Shown one piece after another: positions 18,820 to 28,072 of a DNA stretch of 64,000 nucleotides. Each line of letters starts with the position of its first letter. The first letter of the stretch is position 1. A model generated the notes under the pieces. The model did no database searches, had not been told where the DNA came from, and saw only the letters and a list, made by a program, of their open reading frames with translations. The DNA is from a bacterium (GTDB lineage Bacteria; Patescibacteriota; Minisyncoccia; Phycocordibacterales; UBA2100), in assembly GCA_030674455.1 (NCBI GenBank), contig JAUSGQ010000027.1, positions 18,786 to 82,785 on the forward strand, read 5' to 3'. A program made the position numbers and the translations under genes.

Positions 18820-19183
18820 TCGGGCATTTCCGCTAGGGCTACGAGCGCCTAGATGCCTAGGTGCGCTGCTATTCCGCGCCATTTCCCGCGTGCTCGCGGG
18901 TGGCGCGGGCAGCGCCTCTATTTGGGGAGAGGAAGTTATCCTCTCCCCAGCGTCGGGCTCATCCTCGCATTGCTTTCGTTGCGTGCGTCGTTGTGTCCAC
19001 TGGTTTCGGTTTGCGTGTGTTAGTGCCTCGCATTAGCTGGCCTTCGGATTCCGCCACTCGCACAACCCCTCTCCTCGTTTGCATTCTTGCTTTTAGTTTG
19101 TCGCTTCCGCTTATGGATTTTGTAACTCCGATTAACGGAGGCGCTCGTCCGTAGGGCGTGGGCGCCCTAGCGGAAATGCCCGA
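18820..19183. repeat. Segment bounded by 20-bp perfect inverted repeats (candidate ncRNA or MITE)
   Basis: TCGGGCATTTCCGCTAGGGC (18820-18839) / GCCCTAGCGGAAATGCCCGA (19164-19183); inner ACGAGCGCCT/AGGCGCTCGT. Confidence 0.6.
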
Positions 19184-19278
19184 TGCGCTGCCGATGCGCT
19201 TGCCCCACCCACCGTGCGCGCGCAAAATTTCCGCCGTGGAAGAATTAAACACGGCGGAACTCCCTTGCAAACAAAATT

Positions 19279-19824
19279 CTAAATCTTTTCGTAAACAACG
19301 CCGATACCAGTTTTCCCAACTTGTTTTATTTTTCCATCTTTCTCCAATGCAGAAAGATACCTCGTCGCCGTCGCGTCCGAGACATGCAAGAGTTTCTCCA
19401 CTTCGTCGTTTGTGACTTTGCCCTTCTTTTCCAATTCGGTCATTATCTTTTCGAGTTTGATTTTCTTTCTGCTTTGGATCGTCGCACGGGCTTTCGATAG
19501 TACATCACGACCGAGATTTACGATTGGCGCAACAACCGATACTGGCGCACTCGGCTGCGGCGCTGGTTGCTGCTCCGGTAACGGCTTGTCGTGAGCGGAG
19601 TCGAACGGCTCACTCGTAGCGGGTAACGGCTCATTTCTTCCCATTTGAGCCGTTTGCGTTGGCCCGCCGAAGCCTTGTGCGGAGGGGGCGGGTTCAAGTG
19701 GTGCTTCAACCACTGGTTCGTTTTGCGTTACCTCCGGTGTTGTGGGAGCCGGTGCCGCCTCCGGCGGCGGTATCACTGGTTCTTCCGCAGGTGGGAGAAC
19801 GGGCGATGTATCTTCGTCGGCCAT
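19279..19824 (-). CDS. Pro-rich protein with C-terminal winged HTH
   Basis: KVTNDEVEKLLHVSDATATRYLSALEKDGKIKQVG. Confidence 0.75.
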   Translation of the reverse strand: MADEDTSPVLPPAEEPVIPPPEAAPAPTTPEVTQNEPVVEAPLEPAPSAQGFGGPTQTAQMGRNEPLPATSEPFDSAHDKPLPEQQPAPQPSAPVSVVAPIVNLGRDVLSKARATIQSRKKIKLEKIMTELEKKGKVTNDEVEKLLHVSDATATRYLSALEKDGKIKQVGKTGIGVVYEKI

Positions 19825-19940
19825 GGCTCAATTCTAACTCATCAAACGGCTCATATAGTGGGGACATGAATGCCGTCTACAGGTGCCTATCTCAAACGAT
19901 AGGCCTTGCTTTTTCCGTAGAAAGTGGTATAATTAAATAG

Positions 19941-20069
19941 TTAAAGTTCCTCCGCGAGTTCAATCGCTTCGTCTTCGTCCAAACCTTCGTCAATCAATTC
20001 TTGCGCTTTCTCCGCGACATCCTCGTCCACCTCGTGTTCTTTCATCAATCGTTTCGTTTCTTCGTCCAT
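19941..20069 (-). CDS. 42-aa highly acidic protein
   Basis: MDEETKRLMKEHEVDEDVAEKAQELIDEGLDEDEAIELAEEL; starts 2 nt after the Shedu stop. Confidence 0.7.
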   Translation of the reverse strand: MDEETKRLMKEHEVDEDVAEKAQELIDEGLDEDEAIELAEEL

Positions 20070-20071
20070 GC

Positions 20072-21220
20072 TCACTTGGATTTTTCAATATTATTGAGTG
20101 CATTTCTCGCCCTCTCCAACAGGTCATCGTAGGTTAGAATTTCTATTCCGTGATGGTACGAAAGTAATCTCCTCATATATTTCGGGTGATTGTCGGATTT
20201 TTGCTTAGTGCCTTCTATAGCATCCTTTGATCGTCTGCCAATCAAAAGAATACCTTTTGGTCGGTAATATTTCTGATGACGGTCTTCCAGGATTTCCTGC
20301 TCCGTTTCGTCATCCAGTTCCGAAGTATAAGCCGAGTAGTAAAATTCGAGATAACTTATGAGTTGACCCAACGCCTCAGCACACTTCGGCGCAAGAAACC
20401 TCCTGTCCATTTCGTCCACACGCAAGACTTCTTCCCCCGGCAACTTAACCTCCAGAACATCACTTAGGCCATCTACTCTCTTGAGTCGTCCGTCTGGAAT
20501 TTCTTCGCCAGCTTTCTTATAGTCATAGCTCGTGTATTCAGGACCGAATATCCATGGAATCTTCTTGAGTTCAGCTTGGATATCCGAAACTTCTCGCGAA
20601 GTTGGATTATCCAAAATCGCCTCAAAATCGTCGAGCTCTTTTCGCCGTTTTCCAATAATATCTTCGGTAAAGCCGATGGTCAACAACTTCTCCTCACCAC
20701 TACCCTTAACTATTTCTTCAACAATCTTGTCGATTGCTTTTGTTCCTCCGGGACTTTGAGCAATAACTGCTGTCTTACGCACAAGGTCATCGGTATCAAT
20801 TTCTTTATCGGAAAAAATAACAGTCGCGATTTTTGCATCAAAACTAACGCCCAACAGTTTATTTTGTTCCGTCAAGAAAGTATAGAGACCTGCCACCTCA
20901 TCTTCGCGCAGAGAAAAGTCTCTCTGTCTTTCCCAACTGTTTTGATCCGAGGTTTTATTTCTCTTAAATCTGTATAGGTCTATATCATAGTGGTGGACTT
21001 TCCCGGCTGAGTCTGGAATGTGTAGAGCAGTCACGACCGTCTTGATGCGGTCAGTGTTCTTGATAAATCTTGTTGCGCTTGCGAAGCCACCACTTTTGAG
21101 TTGGGCTGTACAATCATCAACTGTAATATCGCTTCCAGATTTTAGGCGGGACAACAGGTAACCGCCAAAATCGCCATAAGTTTCCTTAAATGAGGGTAAA
21201 ATTTCCTTCCAATTAATCAT
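20072..21220 (-). CDS. sduA: Shedu (SduA, DUF4263) anti-phage nuclease
   Basis: IQ..L...PWIFG, PD..LEVKLP, ALGQLISYL, PKGILLIGR, IEILTYDDLLERA. Confidence 0.82.
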   Translation of the reverse strand: MINWKEILPSFKETYGDFGGYLLSRLKSGSDITVDDCTAQLKSGGFASATRFIKNTDRIKTVVTALHIPDSAGKVHHYDIDLYRFKRNKTSDQNSWERQRDFSLREDEVAGLYTFLTEQNKLLGVSFDAKIATVIFSDKEIDTDDLVRKTAVIAQSPGGTKAIDKIVEEIVKGSGEEKLLTIGFTEDIIGKRRKELDDFEAILDNPTSREVSDIQAELKKIPWIFGPEYTSYDYKKAGEEIPDGRLKRVDGLSDVLEVKLPGEEVLRVDEMDRRFLAPKCAEALGQLISYLEFYYSAYTSELDDETEQEILEDRHQKYYRPKGILLIGRRSKDAIEGTKQKSDNHPKYMRRLLSYHHGIEILTYDDLLERARNALNNIEKSK

Positions 21221-21223
21221 AAG

Positions 21224-24200
21224 TCATTTAATCGGCCATGTGGGGATGGCTTTGTCTATTTCGCCCATGATACGGATTGTTTCGCGGAGGGAAACGACGA
21301 TTTTCATGTAGTGCTTTAGGTCGTCGGTAGAGAGCGTTCGCTCAGCTTTCTTACGGTCTTTGAGCCATTTCTCACATACTTGATAGCCGCCGATCATAAA
21401 CTCCCACACTTCTTTTTCGATACCCTCAAAGTATTGCCCTTGATTTACATAGACACGCAGTTCTTTTCCTTCGTATCGAGCCTCCGTTACTTTCCAATCG
21501 TCAAGATTAGCGGGAGCAGTACCGTCTATTTTGACATTCCATTTATTTGGCTCATCAAGAATAGTTTTTGATGCATCGAACGGATTTTCGCCAAGCAAAT
21601 GCAGGTTCACAAGCTCGTTTCCGAGCGCGACAAGTCGCTTGAAAATCTCCTTGTTGCTCGTGATAGGGAGACGGGGGAAATCAATCTTCAATTGTTCGGC
21701 GTAGCGCGTGCGATAGGTTGGCGAATGAAATACGGCGTAGGTGTAATAGAAAATGTCCTCGGGTCCAAAGGTTTTTACGATATCGCCTCGGCCCTCATGA
21801 ACGAATGTCAGCCCAAGATTCTCTTGTAAATCCCCAATCAATGTTTTGGAGAAATTCGACAATCGCTCCTCTCTCTTCAATAAAGATGGATTTGTAGACT
21901 CCGGGTAAAGATAGAGTGGAATGCTTACATTTCCTCCTCTATAGAACATATTTAGATCGCTGATTGCGTTTGAACAAAAGGCGAGATTCCAACCTGCTCC
22001 CCCTACAGCGTTTCCTGCTCTGCCTACACAGAGCGACAGGTTTGGAAACGTCATGTGTCGCATGACTTTTGTTCGAGGCCAGTCAACAGCATTTATATCC
22101 CAAAGAATGTAGCGTCTATCAAATGGGTTGTAGTCGTATGAATATATCAGTGACTGCCAGTTTATTGTCGATAGATTTCTTCTGGCTTTTGGCAATTTCC
22201 ATCCGCGGGTGTCTTTGAGTTGGAATTCATCTCTGACTTCTCTGTCGAGAGATTTTAAATCGGTAAAGCTACGGAATCTATTTATAAGCTCATTTTTTGA
22301 GAATGCAATTGCAAAATTATCTCGCGAGGTTTGAACACCGGTGGTTTTGAGTTTAGGATTTGAAACTGTCTCCTCAATCCCAAAGAGGCGGCCATATTCA
22401 TCCCCACCTTGAGAGTCCTCAAAGATGTACATCGGAGCAGATGGCTTCACTTCATCCCAATCGGTAGTTTGCAAGTCAGTAGTGGCAAGTCGTTCCCATT
22501 TATCAGCTCTCTTGCCCCGTAAATGCGCCTTAAAAATCTTTTTCTCAAGACCACGTTTCTTGATGAGGAAAATTATTGAAGTTCCAACACCAGCGACTTG
22601 CTCAAACACGTTTTGATCTTCCTCCTTTCTTTTTGCGCTTCCGTGTAAATCGTATATGTAAATCTGGTCGAAAGAGTTGATAAGGTGGTAGCGCATCCCT
22701 CGAAATGTTGGGTTGTCGACGAAGCCATTATTGGTAATGAGTCCGATGACCCCCTCTCCATGTTGCTCAATTTTCCATTGGGTAAATCGAATAAATTTTA
22801 CATAATCATCGCCAAGCCAATGCTTCCTCTCTTTGAAATGCCTGCCCGTGATCCTGTTGCCGTCTGTATATTTGTAATCTTCGATCAGGTCGCCGATCCA
22901 AGTCTTGATTTTCTTTTTCCGTGTTTTTCCATTCTTAAGAGTTTCTAAGATGGTTGTCTCGACGGCGTTTTGAGAAATTCCAGAATAAGGAGGATTACCC
23001 AATACCACCAAAATAGGCACATCCCGCTTTACTGTTTGTGCTTTCTCTGACTCGTGTGGGATTGAATCAAAACCGAAGAGTTTTTGGGGTGGTTTATTTG
23101 GGTCGTCGAGTGTGTTAGCAAGATACACCTTGAAGCGGTCGTTGTCTGAATCATCATCACTTGCAGTAAGTTTGAAATCAAAACCCAAGTGCTCAATTTC
23201 AAGAGTAAGTTTCAAATGGGCAATTGCATAAGGAGCTATTAGTAATTCGAAGCCGTAGAAATGTTTGAGAATGTGATTACCGACGATTTTGTTAAACTCG
23301 CGCGACACCATCTCATCTCCCAGCGCCTCATTCTCCTTTTTAGTATTCCAATAAATCTGTTGGATAGCGGACATGAGAAATGTTCCGGTGCCGGTGGCCG
23401 GATCGAGAAGGTTTACCGATTCATCAGCAAGCCCTTTTTCTTTCCCGAATTTATTACGGAGAATCCAATCAACGCTTCGCACGATGTAGTCCACGACTGG
23501 CTTCGGCGTGTAATACACTCCACGCGCCTCGCGCTCTTTTGGGTCATACTCGGCAAGAAACGGCTCGTAAAATTGGATAACAGGGTCTTCGCCCGGCTTG
23601 TGCTCAACAAGTTTTTGTCGGATGCGTTCGATTTCTGAAGCGTTTAACTGGTCTACAAGAAGCTGTGTAGATTGAGCAATGTTCGGAATCGCAGAGGCAA
23701 CTTTTTTAATCAAGCCGTATAAGTCGGCAAGAATGGGCACGTTAGTTGGAAGATAGTCAATTGCATTCGTGAGCGTAAGTTCTGTGTCGTTTCCTCTGTG
23801 TTCGTGCTCAAGAGCTGACAAGAACAAAGAATATGCCATGGTTTCTGCGACCATGTTCGCAAATTGGTGCGAGGAGATATCTTGAATAAGCGTTTTCTCA
23901 AATGTTTCTTTGAGTTTCCAAAGGTCTGTTTTTTCGTCAGTCATTTCTATCGCCTCTTCCACCTGCTTTGAAAGTAGACGTGTCTTTTTTGCGAGGGCGA
24001 GGGCAAGCTGTTTGGGCGTTCGTGCCTGATAAGCATGTCCCTCAAAAAACTTCACTAGAAATTGCTCAAATTGTTCCGAGGTTGTGCCATTTAAAGCGGT
24101 AAGATCAAAAACCACCTCGCTCGTTTTCTTTGGTTCGCCGTCTTCCCATTGCCAAAGTTGCCACTCACGCAGGTTAGTAAAGATTATATTCTCAAGAGAT

Positions 24201-24505
24201 TCTTTGTATTTAGAAAATTGGTCGTGGAATTTATCCGCGTTGAGATTTCTTTCGTCAGGCATTTTTACCTCAACCCATCCTATAAGGTCGTTTCTATTTC
24301 GTATAGTTATATCGGGGAAGCCGATTTTCTTTTCGTATTGAGTCGTTGTTTCTTCTGGTGTCGCATGAGTATCACGCAATTTGACGGCATCGCTTTTTGC
24401 GAACTCCTCAAAAAATCCACAAAGAATTGGGTAGTAAGATCGTTCCGTTGCTGTGTCTCGGATTCTCGCTATCTTTTGTTTTGTTTGTTCAATAAGTATA
24501 TTCAT
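21224..24505 (-). CDS. Fused restriction-modification enzyme (PD-(D/E)XK + N6-adenine MTase + type ISP-like specificity domain)
   Basis: FPDITI..WVEVK; GVYYTPKPVV; LLDPATGTGTF; GNPPY; RYAEQLKIDFPRLP; IGGYQVCEKWLKDRK. Confidence 0.88.
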   Translation of the reverse strand: MNILIEQTKQKIARIRDTATERSYYPILCGFFEEFAKSDAVKLRDTHATPEETTTQYEKKIGFPDITIRNRNDLIGWVEVKMPDERNLNADKFHDQFSKYKESLENIIFTNLREWQLWQWEDGEPKKTSEVVFDLTALNGTTSEQFEQFLVKFFEGHAYQARTPKQLALALAKKTRLLSKQVEEAIEMTDEKTDLWKLKETFEKTLIQDISSHQFANMVAETMAYSLFLSALEHEHRGNDTELTLTNAIDYLPTNVPILADLYGLIKKVASAIPNIAQSTQLLVDQLNASEIERIRQKLVEHKPGEDPVIQFYEPFLAEYDPKEREARGVYYTPKPVVDYIVRSVDWILRNKFGKEKGLADESVNLLDPATGTGTFLMSAIQQIYWNTKKENEALGDEMVSREFNKIVGNHILKHFYGFELLIAPYAIAHLKLTLEIEHLGFDFKLTASDDDSDNDRFKVYLANTLDDPNKPPQKLFGFDSIPHESEKAQTVKRDVPILVVLGNPPYSGISQNAVETTILETLKNGKTRKKKIKTWIGDLIEDYKYTDGNRITGRHFKERKHWLGDDYVKFIRFTQWKIEQHGEGVIGLITNNGFVDNPTFRGMRYHLINSFDQIYIYDLHGSAKRKEEDQNVFEQVAGVGTSIIFLIKKRGLEKKIFKAHLRGKRADKWERLATTDLQTTDWDEVKPSAPMYIFEDSQGGDEYGRLFGIEETVSNPKLKTTGVQTSRDNFAIAFSKNELINRFRSFTDLKSLDREVRDEFQLKDTRGWKLPKARRNLSTINWQSLIYSYDYNPFDRRYILWDINAVDWPRTKVMRHMTFPNLSLCVGRAGNAVGGAGWNLAFCSNAISDLNMFYRGGNVSIPLYLYPESTNPSLLKREERLSNFSKTLIGDLQENLGLTFVHEGRGDIVKTFGPEDIFYYTYAVFHSPTYRTRYAEQLKIDFPRLPITSNKEIFKRLVALGNELVNLHLLGENPFDASKTILDEPNKWNVKIDGTAPANLDDWKVTEARYEGKELRVYVNQGQYFEGIEKEVWEFMIGGYQVCEKWLKDRKKAERTLSTDDLKHYMKIVVSLRETIRIMGEIDKAIPTWPIK

Positions 24506-24509
24506 AGCG

Positions 24510-27500
24510 TTATGCAAGTATAGAAAAATGAACCGAGGCAATTCGCTCGCGTTCAAATTCCATTTGTAGTTTACCCCGAAGATCCTTTTCTTTGATGTTC
24601 GCTCCGCGCATCTGGTCTTCTTGAGCTTTAATATATTTCTTCTGTGCGCGAAAGAGTTCCTGCTGTTTCTTACTTATTTGGTCTTGAATCTGAAGTCTTT
24701 CGTGATGTCCCAAAGTACGAGAAGCACGCACTGTCTTTTTTAGGTCGTTAATTTCTTTCCGCCGGACATCCATTTCTTGCTGAAACTTTAAGAGTGACTC
24801 TTCCACGAATTGGTTCAGGCGGTCCATTTCCTCAAAAATGTATTGCTCATTATCAGAGGTAATGCTCCCTTTTTCTTTAGTTACTCGTTTTGTGGCGACA
24901 TCCTCAAGGTCGTCGCGTAGACGGCTATCTATTCTCTCTTCATGGACAACATCGAGCGCAAACAACTTTTCAAGTCGAGAATGCTCTATTGGTTTCCACT
25001 CCGCTCCGTCTTTGTAAAGTCCTGAAAGGATTATTTTTTCGAATCTTTCTTGGGCATTATTTACTGTAAGGCGTTTGCAATTCAACAAATCAAAGGCAAT
25101 CTGACACTCTTTACCAACAAGATCTTCAAAAGGATGTCGTTTTTTGTCCGAACTGTGCCGAACAGATATTTTCCAAGTGCCACGCATCTTTTTGTCTCCC
25201 TCCAGTTTTTCTTTGATAAAGGGCTCTTTGTTTGTGGCTGGTTTATAGCCACTCAACTTTTCTTCCTCTTTTAGGCTACCGAGATAGTATGTCCGACCGT
25301 CATAATCAAAAATATTTTCTGCACGATAAGAAATTCCATTTCCAAATGAAATATCTATATATCGGCGAAGCAATGAGTCATACCGGTCAAGCGAGTCTGT
25401 AAGCTGTTGTTTTCTTAAGCGCAATTTCCGTCTAACTTCTTCATCAAAATGCTGCACAACTTTGCGTTGAGCATCTTCTACTTTTTCTTGGATAACATCA
25501 AAAAGCTCGAGCTGTAACTGTTGAAATCCGTTTTCAATCTCTTTTTCTGTGCGGCACTTTCTATATATATCAAGAATTTTTCTCTCAAAATCGAGTCCGG
25601 CTCCAAGCCCCGCAAGGGCCACCTCGCGAACTTCATAGCCATCGTCTGTAAGTTGTTCTGTTCCAAGCATTTGATCGCTGAAATCAAACAGGTTACCGAA
25701 TAGCTTAATTTTTTCACTTAAAAGTTCGTAGACTCTCTGGTCGGCGTAGTTGCGTTTGTTTAGGAAGTTAATAACCATCACATCTAATTTTTGGCCATAT
25801 CGATGACAACGGCCAATGCGCTGTTCAACGCGTTGAGGATTCCACGGTAAATCGTAGTTAATGACAATATTCGCAAACTGCAAGTTTAATCCCTCTGCCC
25901 CCGCCTCGGTTGTAATGAGAATCCCTTTTTTTAACGATTGAAACTTCCAAATAAGTGCTTTCCGCAAGTTGATTGATTTTGACCCTTCCTCGGCTTCTTT
26001 GGGAAATTCGCGTTGCCATTCCTCAAAAATCTCACGGGCGCGTTTTCCTGCGTTTGTTCCATTGAACAAAACAAGCTCGTACCCAATTCCTCCAAGAAGC
26101 TTTTCTAGGTGATCTTGTGTACGACGCGATTCGGTAAATATGACCGCCTTTTGTGGCCATTCTTGTTTCTCAGCATGTTTGAAAACTTTTCCGAGCACAC
26201 GAACGAGGGCTTGGCTTTTTTGGTTCTTATCAATCGTTGAGGCAAGGAAATGATAGTTTAGAACATCGCGAAGCTCACGTAAGACTTCTTCCTTTGTAAA
26301 TATGTGATCAATCTCTCTTTCAACAAACTTTTTTGAATCGTCGTCCAGCAATTCGTCCTCTCCAAGGTCGTCGGCATCTTCCGATTCCTCCTCAATTTTT
26401 GATAGATCTTCCTCTGTATCATCTAACCCGGGGAGAGTTTCTTGCTCGTTTTCTTTTTCAGCAGGGTCATATTTAGGAAAAGTAACTTTTGAAAGCTTTT
26501 TGTTCCACCTGTTCTCTGCTTCAGTCTGCTCCTGATCGGCAAGAGCGTTGAGTTCATCCTGAGTTACTTCAAATTCTTGCTGTAAACGCTTTGCAAGGAA
26601 ATGAGAAACTTTGTAAAGCGTTCCAGCGATAGCGAAACTCGAACTCGCGAGTATTTTTCGGTATACAAGCTCCATCATGTTTCGCTGAGTTGCCCTTGTA
26701 GACGCGAGATACGGCCGTCGCAAGTACTCGCTCACGTTATTGTAAAGATCCACCTCGTCGTCGTTTGGTGCAAAGTCTTCGGTAATGCTGTAGCGATTGG
26801 TAAACGCAACAAGTCCCTTGACCTGCTTGCGTAATGTTCTAGTCAAGATTCCACCGCTCGGTTCACCGGACTCTGGGTCAATAGTTCCCATTAGTCGTTC
26901 TTTTAATTGAAGCAATCTTTCTGTTTTGTTCTGTTTTTTCACAGGATTTGCGAAAAGTGTCTTGAACGAGTATTCCGTACCAAGATAATTTTCGTCAAGG
27001 AAACTTGTCAGCCCAAACAACTCCATGAGGTTATTCTGTAGAGGCGTTGCTGTTAAGAGTATTTTTGGCCTTCCTTTTAGGACCTCACGAATTTTCTTTG
27101 CGGTTTTATTGGTCTTTCTCCAAACATTTCGCAAGCGGTGTGCCTCGTCAATGACAACAAGATCCCATGTGATGGTTGCACAGATAAAATCGTATCGATA
27201 AGCAAAGTTGTGTGAAGCAATGAAGATACCCCCGTCTTCCAACGGGTTAGCTTTCATTTGTTCTTTTTGCATTTTTTTCAAAATTGGACCGTCAAGAATT
27301 TTGCTTTCAAGATAAAAACGGTTTCGCAGTTCGTCTTGCCATTGCGTACGAAGTGAGGCGGGCACGAGAATCAATATCTTCTGACGCCCCTCTGTCATAA
27401 GTTGATCTATGACTAGTCCTGCCTCAATTGTCTTTCCTAGCCCAACCTCATCGGCCAAAATTGCCCCTCTTGAAAGAGGGCTCTTAAATGCGAAAATTGC

Positions 27501-27629
27501 GGCATCAACCTGATGCGGGTTTAGGTCAATATTTGCCGCTCGAATGGAATTGTTGAGCTTCTCTCTGTCAGAAATTGATTTCTTCTCCGTGAGAGCATGA
27601 GCTAAATATGTTTTAAAAAGTTCCGACAT
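24510..27629 (-). CDS. SNF2-family helicase (RapA/DrmD-like)
   Basis: LADEVGLGKTIEAG, DEAH, LTATPLQN, EGLNLQF, YDLPWNPQRVEQRIGRCHR. Confidence 0.92.
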   Translation of the reverse strand: MSELFKTYLAHALTEKKSISDREKLNNSIRAANIDLNPHQVDAAIFAFKSPLSRGAILADEVGLGKTIEAGLVIDQLMTEGRQKILILVPASLRTQWQDELRNRFYLESKILDGPILKKMQKEQMKANPLEDGGIFIASHNFAYRYDFICATITWDLVVIDEAHRLRNVWRKTNKTAKKIREVLKGRPKILLTATPLQNNLMELFGLTSFLDENYLGTEYSFKTLFANPVKKQNKTERLLQLKERLMGTIDPESGEPSGGILTRTLRKQVKGLVAFTNRYSITEDFAPNDDEVDLYNNVSEYLRRPYLASTRATQRNMMELVYRKILASSSFAIAGTLYKVSHFLAKRLQQEFEVTQDELNALADQEQTEAENRWNKKLSKVTFPKYDPAEKENEQETLPGLDDTEEDLSKIEEESEDADDLGEDELLDDDSKKFVEREIDHIFTKEEVLRELRDVLNYHFLASTIDKNQKSQALVRVLGKVFKHAEKQEWPQKAVIFTESRRTQDHLEKLLGGIGYELVLFNGTNAGKRAREIFEEWQREFPKEAEEGSKSINLRKALIWKFQSLKKGILITTEAGAEGLNLQFANIVINYDLPWNPQRVEQRIGRCHRYGQKLDVMVINFLNKRNYADQRVYELLSEKIKLFGNLFDFSDQMLGTEQLTDDGYEVREVALAGLGAGLDFERKILDIYRKCRTEKEIENGFQQLQLELFDVIQEKVEDAQRKVVQHFDEEVRRKLRLRKQQLTDSLDRYDSLLRRYIDISFGNGISYRAENIFDYDGRTYYLGSLKEEEKLSGYKPATNKEPFIKEKLEGDKKMRGTWKISVRHSSDKKRHPFEDLVGKECQIAFDLLNCKRLTVNNAQERFEKIILSGLYKDGAEWKPIEHSRLEKLFALDVVHEERIDSRLRDDLEDVATKRVTKEKGSITSDNEQYIFEEMDRLNQFVEESLLKFQQEMDVRRKEINDLKKTVRASRTLGHHERLQIQDQISKKQQELFRAQKKYIKAQEDQMRGANIKEKDLRGKLQMEFERERIASVHFSILA

Positions 27630-27705
27630 ATATATTCAAAACATTATCTCCAATTGTACTCCTTTGCTCCTTTTAGCACACGCCCAAAGAGAAGTCCTTA
27701 AAAAT

Positions 27706-28069
27706 CCGCCCCGCCACCCATTCAATTTTCAAAAACCCCCGCGAAATAGATGCGTATGGAAGAGAGTGCGGCGGGGCGGGCGGGCGCGTACTCGCGCCCG
27801 TGTACAGAATCCAATCGTGCCACAGAGTACAAAGCCACAGCGCGCGCGGAGCGCGCGAGTCAGTCGGAGTTCCTGCTAAAATAGGTTCGAGCATCGTTGT
27901 AGATACTCACAACACAAGAGACAAGGTCGGATTTCGGCTGGTTTTCTTTGGCGCGGGACAAAGAAAACCAGTGTGGTTGGGGCATTCCGCGCGCTTCGCG
28001 CGCGTGGAGGGTGAGGTTCGCAAAATTCAAAAGCCGAAGATTTTTGGAGGGAGGATTTTTTGGAGGGGA
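27706..28069 (-). repeat. Internal inverted attP-like copy (recombinase 3' end plus downstream arm)
   Basis: 27908-28020 is the exact reverse complement of 31371-31483; 27706-27907 is a diverged reverse complement of 18511-18696. Confidence 0.85.
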
Positions 28070-28072
28070 AAG

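Noticed and set aside
18431-19415. Short overlapping ORFs in 18.4-19.3 kb and 27.66-28.12 kb
   Set aside because: They are translations of GC-rich repeats and att arms, with no protein-like features.
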